Shown: positions 1 through 14,721, numbered from the stretch's first letter. The stretch: 64,000 nucleotides of DNA from an uncultured Chloroflexia bacterium (GCA_963748625.1 CAVVJT010000002.1:96001-160000), one strand, 5' to 3'. Notes: a model not told the origin generated them from the letters alone. Translations and numbers: made by a program.

Positions 1-1081
1 TGGCGGCGTCGGTCTGGATGAGGTTGGTGATCCGCGAGGTCCCGTCGTCCACCTGGACGTCCCGGCCCTTGCCGGACACGATCCCGCTGGTGACGGAGAA
101 GCTGTACGTGCCCAGGGGGCTGCCGATCGCCACCACGAGCTGGCCGATCTTGAGGCCGTCGGAGCGCCCGAGGCCGGCCACCGGGAGGCCCGTGGCCTCG
201 ACCTTGATGATGGCGAGGTCGGTCAGCGTGTCCACGCCGTAGACGGTGCCCTTGAAGGTCCGGCCGTCCGGCAGCTCGACGTCGAGCGTGTCGGCGCCCG
301 CCACGACGTGGCGGTTGGTCACGATCCAGCCGTTCGCGTCGTAGATGAAGCCCGAGCCCACGCCGCTGGACGGGACGGTGCCGAACGGGTCGGTGCTCTC
401 GCCCGCGGTGGTGATCTTGACGACCGCGGGGCTGGTCTTCGCAGCCGCGTCGATCACCGCAGACGACTCGTTGATGGTGACCGGCACGCCGCCGGCGGTG
501 GTCTGCCCTGAACCGGCGGCGATGGCCGGGACGACGGCCTGGTCGAAGGCACCCGCACGCTCGAGGGCGATCACGGTGCCGCCCGACGCCAGGACGGCCG
601 AGAGGAGCGACACGAGGGCGATGGTGCCGATCCCGGCCCCGCCGCGGCGTGTCTTGACGGGCTCGGTGGCCACGGTGGCCGGCGCGGGCTCCACGGGACC
701 GTGGACCGGTGCAGGTGGGGCGACCTGGCCGAAGCCCTCAGCGGCCGCGCTGTTGGGCGGGGACGGCACGAACCAGCGATCGGCGGCGCCCGCGGGGACG
801 GTGGAGCCGGGCTGGGCCCACGCCCAGCGGGTGTCCGGGCGCGGATCGGGCGCCGGCGCGTAGCGCGGCACCTCGACGGGCTGGGTGTCGTCGAGGGGGT
901 CGGCCGAGCTGGCGATGATGGGCTCGATCGGGCTGGCGCCGGCCGGCTGCTCCGGCGCAGGCGCGGAGGGGGACTCGGGCGCGGAGGGGGACTCGGGCGC
1001 GGAGGGGACTCGGGCGCGGAGGGGACTCGGGCGCTGGCTCCTGCTCGGGGCGCGGGGCGGCTCCGGGCGTGATGTCGTCGG

Positions 1082-1085
<4 letters not shown>
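1..1085 (-). CDS. htrA: HtrA/DegP-family trypsin-like serine protease, membrane anchored; runs off the window and is frameshifted in the repeat at 963-1032
   Basis: Manual minus-strand translation gives SPAVVKI...GVGSGFIYDANGWIVTNRHVV...TDLAIIKV...VVAIGSPLG...SVTSGIVS...LIQTDAA. The ATG at 1085 overlaps the kinase stop and is out of frame by exactly the 2 bases missing from two repeat units. Confidence 0.9.
963..1032. repeat. Tandem repeat GCGGAG(4-5)ACTCGGGC x4 (18, 18, 17, 17 bp), encoding PESPSA in htrA
   Basis: Read directly: units at 963-980 and 981-998 have G5; units at 999-1015 and 1016-1032 have G4. Confidence 0.95.
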
Positions 1086-2872
<1,787 letters not shown>

Positions 2873-2873
2873 G

Positions 2874-3572
2874 TCAGCGCTCGGCGAACTGGTAGCCCGC
2901 GCCCCGGACGGTCAACACGAACTGGGGCGCAGAGGGGTCGTCCTCGATCTTCTCGCGCAGGTGGCTCACGTGGACATTGATCGTCTTCTCGTCCTGGTCG
3001 AGCGCCTCGTAGTCACGCAGCAGCTCCAGGAGCTCGCGCCGCGAGAAGACGCGCCCGGGGCGGCTGGCGAGGTGGCGCAGGATCTCGAACTCGGTGGCCG
3101 TGAGCGCGATGCGGCGCTGACCCCGCTGGACGCGTCGGCGCTCGAGGTCGATCACGAGATCGCCGTGGCGGATGACGCGGCCGCCGGCCGCATTGGCAAG
3201 GTCGCCGTACGCACGCCGCAGCAGGGCGCGGATGCGGCTGAGGAGCTCGCGCAGGGCGAAGGGCTTGGTGACGTAATCGTCGGCGCCAAGCTCCAGGCCG
3301 ACCACCTTGTCGAACTCGTCACCCCGCGCCGTCAGGAACAGGACCGGCGCCTTGACCCCGGCGGCCCGCAGGCGGCGCAGCACCTCGAACCCGTCGATGC
3401 CGGGCAGGCGCACGTCGAGCACGATCAGGTCGGGGGCCTGGGAGGTCGCGAAGTCCAGGCCTTCCTCGCCCGAGCGCGCGAGCGTGACCTCATATCCCTC
3501 CTGCTGGAGGGCGTACTGGATGCCCCGTGCGACGGCGAACTCGTCTTCGACGATCAGGATGGTGGATGCCAC
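2874..3572 (-). CDS. OmpR/PhoB-family response regulator
   Basis: ILIVEDE, DLIVLDVRLP, GADDYVTKPF; winged helix ending VHVSHLREKIE...TVRGAGY. Confidence 0.96.
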   Translation of the reverse strand: MASTILIVEDEFAVARGIQYALQQEGYEVTLARSGEEGLDFATSQAPDLIVLDVRLPGIDGFEVLRRLRAAGVKAPVLFLTARGDEFDKVVGLELGADDYVTKPFALRELLSRIRALLRRAYGDLANAAGGRVIRHGDLVIDLERRRVQRGQRRIALTATEFEILRHLASRPGRVFSRRELLELLRDYEALDQDEKTINVHVSHLREKIEDDPSAPQFVLTVRGAGYQFAER

Positions 3573-3749
3573 GGCGCGCCGATCCTACAGCACGCTCCCC
3601 ATGTGCGACCCGGACCGGCCGACTCGGAGGTCGCGTGAGCCCTGTGATAGCGTTGCTGCCACGGTTATGCGGGCGGGGTCCCGCGATCCAGGCGGTCGCC
3701 GACCTCGCGCCCGCGGGCCACCGGCCGCCAGCACCTCGAGGTGGCATCC

Positions 3750-4391
3750 ATGCCCGACCGACCCACCCTCTCCGCGTCCAGCCGCGACATCGTCGGCAAG
3801 AAGGTCGCCCGCCTGCGCCGCGCCGGCCGCATGCCGGCCGTGGTCTTCGGCCATGGCGACGCCAGCACGCCGGTCAGCGTCGATGCCCACGAGTTCGAGG
3901 TCCTGCGCCGGCACATCGGCGCGACCGCGCTCATCGACCTCTCGATCGACGGCGAGCGCGTCGTCCCGGTCATGGTCCATGGCATGCAGCGGCACCGGGT
4001 GACCCAGCGGGTTCTCCACGTGGACCTGTTCGCCGTGCGGATGTCCGAGGAGATGGTGCTTGACGCGCCCCTCGTGGGCACAGGCGAGGCCCCCGCGGTC
4101 GCGCTGGGCGGAACGCTCGTGCACCAGCTCACCTCGCTCAAGGTGAAGGCCCTCCCCGCGGCCCAGCCCGAGGCGCTGTACTTCGACCTTTCGGCGCTCG
4201 TGGACTACGACGCCATGATCACCGTCGCTGACCTGGCCCTTCCCAGCGGTGTCACCCTGCTGCACTCGGATCTGACCGAGGTGGTTGCACGGGTCCTCCC
4301 GCCGAGGGTCGTCGAGGCAGAGGTCGGCGCGTCCGAAGAGGCACCGGCCGAAGTCGTCGACGCCGCCGCCGCCGGCTCCGGCGAGGGCTGA
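3750..4391 (+). CDS. rplY: 50S ribosomal protein L25/Ctc (long form)
   Basis: GKKVARLRRAGRMPAVVFGHG and QRHRVTQRVLHVDL motifs, with C-terminal TL5-type domain. Confidence 0.93.
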   Translation: MPDRPTLSASSRDIVGKKVARLRRAGRMPAVVFGHGDASTPVSVDAHEFEVLRRHIGATALIDLSIDGERVVPVMVHGMQRHRVTQRVLHVDLFAVRMSEEMVLDAPLVGTGEAPAVALGGTLVHQLTSLKVKALPAAQPEALYFDLSALVDYDAMITVADLALPSGVTLLHSDLTEVVARVLPPRVVEAEVGASEEAPAEVVDAAAAGSGEG

Positions 4392-4431
4392 CCCAGCCCA
4401 GCCGTCTCGGGGCCGGGTTGACCCGGCCGTC

Positions 4432-5265
4432 TCAGGGCCGGGCGGACCGTCGTCCGGCCACGTACGCGACGGGGAGGCGCATCCGGAGGCCGTCCGGGTC
4501 CAGCGCGCGCAGGCGCGCGAGCACGTCGGCTTCCAGCGCCGCGCGCCTGGCGGGTGCGAGCGACGCGAAGCGGTCCTCGTCGTCGAAGCGCGCCATGAAG
4601 GCAAGGTAGCCCTCCGGTGTGAACTGGTGGTCAAGGTCGTCCTCGCGGGTCGTCACGCCCGCGAACCCCGCCCGGCGGAGCTGTGCGGCAAGCACGCCGG
4701 CATGCTCCGGGTCGTCCTGGCCGGCACTCCGGTCGTCGAGCTCGAGGCCTGCGTCGTCGAGCGCTTGGTCGTAGACGTCGTCGGCAGGAAAGCGCCCGCC
4801 GGCGAGCCAGGTGACGTACGCGATGGTGCCGCCCGGCCGCAGGATCCGCCGGACCTCGCGCAGCGCCCGGGGGCGCGACGGGACCAGCTGGTAGACGAAT
4901 GCCGACGTGGCGACGTCGACGCTGCCCGCTGCGAGCGGGAGGTGGTCGGCCGCACCCTGGCGCAGGCTGATCCGGGATCGGGCCTCACCCGCCAGCACGG
5001 CGAGCTCCCGTTCGGCCACCTCCAGCATGCCCGCCGACAGGTCCACCCCGACGGCACGCACGTGCGGCCAGCGGGTGACCGCCGCCGCAAGGAACGCCCC
5101 GGTGCCGCAGCCGATGTCGACGATGGTCCGGGCACCGACGGCCACGGCGGGCGCGACCTCGTCGAGCAGGGCCAGAGTGGAAGGCCGGTGCACCGGCGAC
5201 CACCAGCGGGCGTACGCCTCAGCGATGCGGTCATAGCGGGGCTCCTGGTCCACCATCGCCGCCAT
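4432..5265 (-). CDS. Class I SAM-dependent methyltransferase
   Basis: VDIGCGTG, GVDLSAGML, RILRPGG motifs. Start could be 5265 or 5256. Confidence 0.88.
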   Translation of the reverse strand: MAAMVDQEPRYDRIAEAYARWWSPVHRPSTLALLDEVAPAVAVGARTIVDIGCGTGAFLAAAVTRWPHVRAVGVDLSAGMLEVAERELAVLAGEARSRISLRQGAADHLPLAAGSVDVATSAFVYQLVPSRPRALREVRRILRPGGTIAYVTWLAGGRFPADDVYDQALDDAGLELDDRSAGQDDPEHAGVLAAQLRRAGFAGVTTREDDLDHQFTPEGYLAFMARFDDEDRFASLAPARRAALEADVLARLRALDPDGLRMRLPVAYVAGRRSARP

Positions 5266-5465
5266 CGTGCCATGCCTTGGTGGTCCCCTGCGACGGCCCG
5301 TGACCGGGTTGCGTGCCGGTTTTGTGCCGTTCGGCCCCCGGCGCCCGGTCCCGGAGCGCTGGAACCCGCCAGCAGGCGGGCGGATGCTCCTGAGTCGGAA
5401 GAGCAGATTCGGCGGTTGATGCCGACAACCGCAGCCGGGCCCCGGGGTCCGAAAGGAGCAGCGGT

Positions 5466-5867
5466 ATGAAGAAGATCCTCCTCGCCTATGACGGCGACGA
5501 GCCCGCAAAGCGCGCCCTGGCGCAGACGATCGAGCTCGCGACACGCTTCCAGGCGGAGGTTGGCGTGATCAGTGTGGTCCCGGACCAGCACGGCGGTCTC
5601 CGGGCGGATCCGTGGGACGACCGGTCGGTGCATGCCGAGGAGCTCGTCGAGGCGCGCAAGCTGCTGCGCGAGCACGGCATCGAAGTCGAGCTGTACGAGC
5701 CCGACGGCGACGTCGCCAAGAGCATCGAGCGGATCGCGGACGAGATGGGCTACGACGTGATCGTCGTGGGCACCCACGGCCTCGGCACGGTGTCCAAGGC
5801 GATCCAGGGCAGCGTGTCCGAGCATGTCGCCACCCACGCCCACGCCACGGTGGTCGTCGCCCGCTGA
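5466..5867 (+). CDS. Universal stress protein (UspA family)
   Basis: KKILLAYDG...IVVGTHG...GSVSEHVATHAHATVVV; AAGGAG RBS upstream. Confidence 0.93.
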   Translation: MKKILLAYDGDEPAKRALAQTIELATRFQAEVGVISVVPDQHGGLRADPWDDRSVHAEELVEARKLLREHGIEVELYEPDGDVAKSIERIADEMGYDVIVVGTHGLGTVSKAIQGSVSEHVATHAHATVVVAR

Positions 5868-7669
5868 TGGGCGCGCTCGACCGAGCCCACACATCCATCC
5901 CGGAGGTTCCTGCCGTGATCCTTGCCGCACCGGCCACGCCGCGCGGCCACGCCCACCGGCTCTCGCGCACCGTCCTCGACGCGCTCCGCAGCGGCACTGG
6001 GCCGGCCCCTGTCACGCTGCGCGGTCTCGCCCTCATGGCGGACCCCGTCCTGAACAAGGACGCCGCCTTCACCGAGGAGGAGCGCGAGGTCCTGGGCCTG
6101 CGCGGCCTGCTGCCACCGCGGGTGGTGGACATCGACCTCCAGGTGGCCCTCGAGCTGGAGCACGTCCGGCACAAGCAGGACGATCTCGAGAAGTACATCG
6201 GCCTGGCCGCGCTCCAGGACCGCAACGAGACGCTCTTCCACAAGGTGCTCCTCGAGCACCTCGAGGAGCTGCTGCCGATCGTGTACACGCCCACCGTGGG
6301 GCGGGCCTGCCAGCAGTTCAGCCACCAGTACCGGCGGCCGCGCGGCGTCTGGATCACGCCCGATGACGTGAGCCGGGTGCCGGAACTGCTTCGCAATGCA
6401 GCCCGCGACGAGATCCGCCTGATCGTGGTCACCGACAACGAGCGGATCCTGGGCCTCGGCGACCAGGGGGCCGGCGGCATGGGCATCCCCGTCGGCAAGC
6501 TGGCGATCTACTCCGCGGCGGCGGGGGTCCACCCCGGCATGACGCTCCCGGTGTCGCTGGACGTGGGAACGGACCGGGTCGAGCTCCTGGCCGATCCCCT
6601 GTACGTCGGCTGGCGCCATCCGCGACTGCGGGGCGACGCCTACGACGAGGTGGTGGAGGCGTTCGTGGCCGGCGTCCGGGAGGTGCTACCGCGGGCGGTC
6701 CTGCAGTGGGAGGACTTCAAGCAGCACAACGCGATCCGGCTGCTCGACCGGTACCGCCAGTGGGTCTGCTCCTTCAACGACGACATCCAGGGCACGGCGG
6801 CGGTGGCCGTCGCGGGGATTCTTGCCGCGCTACGGGTCGCGGAGCGGCCGCTGGGTGAGACGCGGTTCGTGCTGGCCGGCGCGGGGGCCGCGGGGACGGG
6901 CATCGCGCGCCTGCTGCGGGTGGCAATGGTGGAGGCCGGCATCCCGGCTGCCGACGCCCACAACTCGGTCGCGGTCCTGGACTCCCATGGGCTGGTGGTC
7001 GAGGGACGGCCCGGTCTCGACGACGACAAGGCCGATACGTCGCTGTCGCGTGACGTGGTCGCGGCGCTGGGGCTGGATCCCGACGGACCCCACGACCTGC
7101 TCGAGGTGGTGCGAGCCTTCAAGCCCGACGTGCTCCTGGGCACGACCGGCATCGGGGGCGCGTTCGCGGAGGACGTGATCCGGGCCATGGCCGACAGCTG
7201 CGCCCGCCCGATCGTGCTGCCCCTGTCGAACCCCACCGCCAATACGGAGGCCACGCCGGCCGACGTCATGGCCTGGACCGGAGGGCGCGCCATCGTGGCC
7301 ACCGGCAGTCCCTTCCCGCCGGTTCTTGTAAACGGGGAGCCGCACCGGATCCCCCAGGTGAACAACGCCTACGTGTTCCCGGGCATCGGTCTCGCTGCGA
7401 TCGTGTCGGAGGCGCGGATCCTGCCCGACTCCGCGTTCCTCGTCGCCTCGCGGCGGCTGGCGGGCATGGCGACGCCCGCCTCACTTGCCGAGGGCGCCCT
7501 CTTCCCGCCCATCAGCGAGCTGCGATCCGTCGCTCGGGACGTCGCCATCGCGGTCGTCGGGCACCTTGGCGACCTGGGCGTTGGGCGACGGTTCCCACCT
7601 GCCCAGATCCCGGCTGCCGTGGACGCCGCGATGTGGAAGCCTGCCTACGTGCGGTACGAGGCGGTCTAG
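5867..7669 (+). CDS. maeA: NAD-dependent malic enzyme (SfcA/MaeA type)
   Basis: LPIVYTPTVG, ERILGLGDQG, FNDDIQGT, GAGAAGTG, LSNPT, QVNNAYVFPG. Start overlaps the USP stop (TGATG). Confidence 0.93.
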   Translation: MGALDRAHTSIPEVPAVILAAPATPRGHAHRLSRTVLDALRSGTGPAPVTLRGLALMADPVLNKDAAFTEEEREVLGLRGLLPPRVVDIDLQVALELEHVRHKQDDLEKYIGLAALQDRNETLFHKVLLEHLEELLPIVYTPTVGRACQQFSHQYRRPRGVWITPDDVSRVPELLRNAARDEIRLIVVTDNERILGLGDQGAGGMGIPVGKLAIYSAAAGVHPGMTLPVSLDVGTDRVELLADPLYVGWRHPRLRGDAYDEVVEAFVAGVREVLPRAVLQWEDFKQHNAIRLLDRYRQWVCSFNDDIQGTAAVAVAGILAALRVAERPLGETRFVLAGAGAAGTGIARLLRVAMVEAGIPAADAHNSVAVLDSHGLVVEGRPGLDDDKADTSLSRDVVAALGLDPDGPHDLLEVVRAFKPDVLLGTTGIGGAFAEDVIRAMADSCARPIVLPLSNPTANTEATPADVMAWTGGRAIVATGSPFPPVLVNGEPHRIPQVNNAYVFPGIGLAAIVSEARILPDSAFLVASRRLAGMATPASLAEGALFPPISELRSVARDVAIAVVGHLGDLGVGRRFPPAQIPAAVDAAMWKPAYVRYEAV

Positions 7670-7773
7670 ATCCGGGCACCCCACCCACCAGGCATCGGGT
7701 TCTCGCTCGCGTGCCGCCCAGCGGGGCCGGTGCAGCCCGCGTGGCGGCAAGCTGGTGCAGGATCCCGCACCCA

Positions 7774-7799
7774 GTGCCCGCCTGGCGGGAGGCGGGCAC
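7774..7799. terminator. Hairpin between convergent maeA and amidase genes
   Basis: GTGCCCGCCT-ggcggg-AGGCGGGCAC, 10-bp perfect stem; no U tract. Confidence 0.5.
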
Positions 7800-7814
7800 G
7801 GCGGTACGCGCGCC

Positions 7815-8747
7815 CTAGCCGAAGATTGACGTCGGGCAGTACGCGGTCACGATCCAGTTCGGCTGGTCCACGATCTCGCTGATCCGCAGGTCGCCCGCGA
7901 CCGAGAGCAGCAGGTAGGCGTCGATCGGGGCCAGCCCGCGCTCCGCCGCCAGCCGGTCGATCATCCGGCGCACAGCGTCGCGCGCGGCCTGGAACAGGTC
8001 CGGCCCCACGCCGTCGCAGGCGAGCCAGGGCGCCGTGTTGGTGGACAGCCCCAGCGGGCCCGCGGTCCGGAACTCCGGGGCCGAGACGGTCACGTCGCGC
8101 CGCACGGAGAGCCGCACCGACGCCCGCATCGGCGTCTCGATCGCCGTCCCGCAGACCTCGCCGTCGCCCTGCGCCGCGTGCCCGTCGCCCAGCGAGAACA
8201 GCGCGCCCGGGACCTGGACCGGCAGCCACAGCACCGACCCTGCCGTCAGGTGCCGGGTGTCCATGTTGCCGCCGGTGACGTCGGGCGGGATGGTGGAGCG
8301 GGGGTCGCCCGCCGGTGCCACGCCAAGCTCACCGCAGAACGGGGCCAGCGGCACGCGCACGCCGGGCAGGAACTCCCCGAAGTGCCCGTCGAGCTTCGTG
8401 ATCCGCAGGTACGGATCCGGGAACTGGTCGGCGAGCAGGCCGAACCCCGGGATGTTCGCCGTCCAGCCCCAGTCGCCCGGCTCGAAGGAGAGCAGCTCCA
8501 CCTCGAGCGTGTCGCCGGGCTCGGCGCCGTCCACGTGGATCGGGCCCGCCACCTGGTCCACCTGGTCGAACGCGAGCGAGTCCAGGTCCGCGGTCACCGA
8601 GGACGCGGTGACCTGGCCGTTGGAGGCGTCGAGCGCGTCGAAGGAGACGACATCGCCGGGCGCGACCGTGAGCACAGGCGGCACGGTCTTGTCCCAGGCG
8701 AGGTGCCACTGGTCGCGGCGGACGTGGAACGGGGGCTGGCTGGCCAT
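7815..8747 (-). CDS. Acetamidase/formamidase family protein
   Basis: GPIHVDGAEPGD, GGNMD, GDGHAAQGDGEVCGTAIE. Confidence 0.92.
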   Translation of the reverse strand: MASQPPFHVRRDQWHLAWDKTVPPVLTVAPGDVVSFDALDASNGQVTASSVTADLDSLAFDQVDQVAGPIHVDGAEPGDTLEVELLSFEPGDWGWTANIPGFGLLADQFPDPYLRITKLDGHFGEFLPGVRVPLAPFCGELGVAPAGDPRSTIPPDVTGGNMDTRHLTAGSVLWLPVQVPGALFSLGDGHAAQGDGEVCGTAIETPMRASVRLSVRRDVTVSAPEFRTAGPLGLSTNTAPWLACDGVGPDLFQAARDAVRRMIDRLAAERGLAPIDAYLLLSVAGDLRISEIVDQPNWIVTAYCPTSIFG

Positions 8748-8798
8748 CGGTTCGGCTCCGGAACTGCGGGGGCTCGGGGGATCAGGAGAGCTCGAGGG

Positions 8799-9677
8799 TC
8801 AGGAGAGGTCTTCGGGGACGCCGGCAAGCACCATCGCGGATGCCGGACCGCCGAACCGCATCTCCAGGCGCGCCGACGCGTAGGCGTACGCCTCGAACGG
8901 CTCCAGGCCGCGCTCGTCCGTGAGGTAGGCCCAGGCGCGGTCCACCGCGTGCTGGTGGGCGGCGGCCAGGTCGGCGCCCTGGCCCAGGAACAGGATGGAG
9001 CCGTCGCGTCGCAGGACGGGATGCGAAATGCCAGCGCCCTTGACCAGCGAGACCCGCAGGGTGGAGGCGCCCGCGGACTCCAGCGAGACCCAGGTGGGCT
9101 CCCCGCGGCCCATCGCCGCGTGGTGATCGCCCACCGACAGCAGGCCGCCGGCCACCTGGACCGGCAGGTCCACCACGGTGCCCGGGCTCATCTCGCGCAG
9201 GTCCATGTTGCCGCCCCAGTGGTAGGCGGGCATGAACGTGGAGCCCACCCCTTCCGCGGGCGCCAGGCCGATGCAGCCGATCATCGGCTCCACCGGCACG
9301 CGCAGGCGTGGCGAGATCACGGCATAGCCGTTCTCGAGCGGGATGTTCCGCGCCACGGTCTCCTGCGTGTAGCCGCCCAGCGCCCCGAACCCGGGCAGCC
9401 AGACCGACCACGAGCGGTGGATCTCGACATCGAGGATCTCGCAGCGGATCGCGTCGCCGGGCTCCGCGCCCTCGACGAAGACCGGGCCGGTCACCCGGTT
9501 GAAGGTCTCCAGGCCGATCGACTCCAGGGACTCACCCAACGAGAGCCGCTCGTAGGCGATGTCGCCGGTCTCGAACCGGACGACGGCCCCGGGTGCGACG
9601 CGCGCCTTCGGCTCGTGCCCGGCGCGGAAGTCGAGCGTGTGCTGCTCTTTCGCGAGGACGAGGTCGGGCGCGGTCAT
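8799..9677 (-). CDS. Acetamidase/formamidase family protein (divergent paralog)
   Basis: TGPVFVEGAEPGD, WGGNMD, GDHHAAMGRGE; ATG at 9677. Confidence 0.88.
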   Translation of the reverse strand: MTAPDLVLAKEQHTLDFRAGHEPKARVAPGAVVRFETGDIAYERLSLGESLESIGLETFNRVTGPVFVEGAEPGDAIRCEILDVEIHRSWSVWLPGFGALGGYTQETVARNIPLENGYAVISPRLRVPVEPMIGCIGLAPAEGVGSTFMPAYHWGGNMDLREMSPGTVVDLPVQVAGGLLSVGDHHAAMGRGEPTWVSLESAGASTLRVSLVKGAGISHPVLRRDGSILFLGQGADLAAAHQHAVDRAWAYLTDERGLEPFEAYAYASARLEMRFGGPASAMVLAGVPEDLS

Positions 9678-9678
9678 C

Positions 9679-10796
<1,118 letters not shown>

Positions 10797-10800
<4 letters not shown>

Positions 10801-11866
10801 AGGTTCCCCGGACGGCCCGTCAGCCGGCCCGCCCCGGCCGGGAACGAGGGCCGCAGCCCGGCGCTGCCGGGGACATCGCCCCTCGACGCGACGCGGCCGT
10901 TCTCTGCCCGGGCCAGGAAGTCCGCGAGGACCGCCATGTACCGGTCGGGCTCCTCGGCGTGGGCGAGGTGCCCCGACTGCTCGAAGATCACCCATTCGGC
11001 GTGCGGCAGGCGCTCCCGGATGGCGGCCACCTGGACCGGCGTCGCCTCGTCATGACGGCCGCTGGTCAGGAGCACCGGCTCCTCGACCACGTCCAGGCGC
11101 GTGAGCACTTCCCAGTCGCGCAGCGTGCCCACCACGTGGAACTCCGTCGGGCCGTTCATGGTCCGGTAGACCTGCGGGTTCCGTGCCAGCTTGGCGAAGG
11201 AGCGAACGTCGAACTCCGGGGGCGGGACGACGCGGCACAGGTGGCGCTCGTAGAAGACGTTGACCGCGGCCTCGTACTCGGGGTCGTCCCAGGTGCCCGC
11301 GGCCTCGTGGCGGTCGAGGACGTCGATGACCGCAGGGGGCAGGTCGGCGCGCAGACGGCCGGTCTCCGCAATCCACATCGGCATCGACGCGGGCGACGAG
11401 GCGATGGTGGCCGAGACGACGCCCGCGGGCCGCGTGACGAGATACTCCATGAGGAGCATGCCGCCCCAGCTCTGGCCCAGGATGTGGACCCGGTCGAGGC
11501 CGAGGGCCGCGCGCACGGTGTCGATCTCGCGCACGTAGAAGTCCACGGTCCAGCGGCTGGGGTCGTCGGGCTGGTCCGAGTTCCCGCACCCCTGCTGGTC
11601 GTAGAAGATCACCCGCCGCCCGGTGGCCGACAGGGCGGCCAGGGACTCCAGGTAGTCGTGGCAGGCACCAGGGCCGCCGTGGAGCAGCAGCAGCGGGAAC
11701 TGGCCGCGGTCCTTCTCGACCTGCTCGTCGCCCACGATCCCCACCCACGTGCGGTAGCCCTCGTGCTCCACGAACAGCTCGCGCGCCTCCAGGGCCGGGT
11801 CGATCGTCCAGAGGTCGGAGACCGGGGCAGCGGCACCGGTACGGGCAGGAGCCATGTCGGGGGCGG

Positions 11867-11870
<4 letters not shown>
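10797..11870 (-). CDS. pip: Proline iminopeptidase / L-amino acid amidase-like alpha/beta hydrolase
   Basis: [21 protein letters not shown] nucleophile, [17 protein letters not shown] start overlaps the oppD stop. Confidence 0.88.
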
Positions 11871-12903
<1,033 letters not shown>

Positions 12904-12907
<4 letters not shown>

Positions 12908-13782
12908 CGCTCACGCTCCCGCGGGTCCAGCTGGGCGCGCAGGCCATCGCCCACGAGGTTCACGGACACCACCGCGAGCATGATCGCGATACCCGCGCTC
13001 ATGGCCGGCCATGGGTTCTGGAGCAGGTAGGAGCGGGCGTCGGCGAGCATGGAGCCCCAGTCCGGGTCCGGCGGCTGCTGGCCGAGGCCCAGGAACGAGA
13101 GGGCGGCGATGTCCAGGATCGCGTAGGCGAGGTCGATGGTGGACTGGACCACGACCGCCGCCACCAGGTTCGGCAGGATGTGGCGGAGCATGATCCGGGT
13201 GTCGGAGTAGCCCAGCGCCTTGCCCGCGTCCACGTACGCCAGGCGCGTCTGCACCAGCGTCACGGAACGCACGAGGCGCGCCATCGCGGGCACGTAGATG
13301 ACGCCCAGCGCGACCACCACCGTCTCGAGCCCGCGCCCGAAGGTGGCCACGATCAGGATCGCGAGCAGCAGGGCCGGGAACGCGAGGAGCGCATCGAGGA
13401 CGCGCATGATCAGCGAGTCCGTCCGGCCGCCGTTGTAGCCGGCCACCAACCCCAGCGGGATGCCGATCACGCCGCTGATGAGGACCACGACGAAGGCGCC
13501 AAGGAGCGTCGGCCGGGCCCCGTAGACGATGCGCGACCAGACGTCGCGGCCCAGCTTGTCCGTGCCCAGGATGTGCTCGGGGCTCGGCGGTGCGAGGGAG
13601 AGGGCGAGGTCCTGGGCGTTCGGGTCGCCGGCGATCAGCCAGGGGACGAAGACCATCACCAGCAGCGGGATCAGGATCGCCAGGCCGATCAGCGACGCCC
13701 GGTTGCGGGCGAGCGGGCTCGAGGCCAGACGGCCGACCCGGCCGGGACGGGTGTACGTGACGCGGGGGAGCTCGGCGGCCAT
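12904..13782 (-). CDS. oppC: Peptide ABC transporter permease (OppC/DppC type)
   Basis: HILGTDKLGRD, RHILPN, LSFLGLG, PDWG. Confidence 0.94.
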
Positions 13783-13785
13783 CGG

Positions 13786-14721
13786 CTAGTACCTGATCCG
13801 CGGGTCGATGACCGCGTAGAGGAGGTCGGTCACGAGGTTGATCAGCGTGAAGGCGACCGTGAGGAACAGCACCGAGGCCTGGATCACCGGGTAGTCGCGG
13901 TTCTGGATCGCGTCGGTGATCAGGGAGCCCAGCCCGCCCAGGCCCATGGTGGTCTCCACCAGCACCGCGCCCACGAGCAGGAAGCCCACCTGGAGCGAGG
14001 TGACGGTGAGGACCGGGATCAGCGCATTGCGGAACGCGTGTTTCACCAGGATCGTGCGTTCCGGCAGGCCCTTGGCCCGGGCCGCCTCGATGTAGTCGGT
14101 GTTGAGCGCTTCCAGCATCGCCGAGCGCGTCATCCGCGATGTCAGCGCGATGGTGCCCAGTGCGAGCGCGAATGCTGGGAGCAGGAGGTGCCGGAGGCGG
14201 TCGAGCGGATCGTCGCCGGACCCGAAGGCCGGCAGCCAGCGCAGCCAGACGGCGAAGATGAGCACGCCGACCATGGCCGCGAAGTAGACAGGGATCGACA
14301 GTCCGACCAGCGCGAACAGGGAGCCCACGTAGTCGATGACCGAGTCGCGCTTGCGGGCCTGCAGGATGCCCAGCGGGATGGCGATGGACACCGCGATCAC
14401 CATGGAGAGCGCGATCAGCTCCAGCGTGATGGGAAGGCGGTCGACCAGGAGGCCGGTGACCTCCTGGCGGAGCCGGTAGCTCTCGCCGAGATCCCCTGTG
14501 AGCGCGCGGCCCAGCCACGCCACGTACTGGCTGAACGGGTCGCCCACGAGGCCGAACTGGACGCGCAGCGCCTCGGCGGTGGCAGGGTCCACCTTGCGCC
14601 CGCCCAGGACGATCGTGACAGGGTCGCCCGGGGCGAGCCGGACAAGCCCGAACGTCACGAACGAGACGAACAGGAGGATGGGGATCAGCCCCAGGAGGCG
14701 CCTGAAGACGTAGCCGGCCAC
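13786..14721 (-). CDS. oppB: Peptide ABC transporter permease (OppB/DppB type)
   Basis: GDLGES, EAA loop YIEAARAKGL, KHAFRNA, RDYPVIQ. Confidence 0.94.
   Translation of the reverse strand: MAGYVFRRLLGLIPILLFVSFVTFGLVRLAPGDPVTIVLGGRKVDPATAEALRVQFGLVGDPFSQYVAWLGRALTGDLGESYRLRQEVTGLLVDRLPITLELIALSMVIAVSIAIPLGILQARKRDSVIDYVGSLFALVGLSIPVYFAAMVGVLIFAVWLRWLPAFGSGDDPLDRLRHLLLPAFALALGTIALTSRMTRSAMLEALNTDYIEAARAKGLPERTILVKHAFRNALIPVLTVTSLQVGFLLVGAVLVETTMGLGGLGSLITDAIQNRDYPVIQASVLFLTVAFTLINLVTDLLYAVIDPRIRY

Noticed and set aside
3573-3749. Structured rplY leader RNA
   Set aside because: GC-rich hairpins are possible but cannot be told from background without covariation data.
5411-5432. FNR box (TTGAT-N4-ACAAC) upstream of the USP gene
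   Set aside because: The second half-site is poor. A simple GCGGTTG/CAACCGC hairpin explains it equally well.
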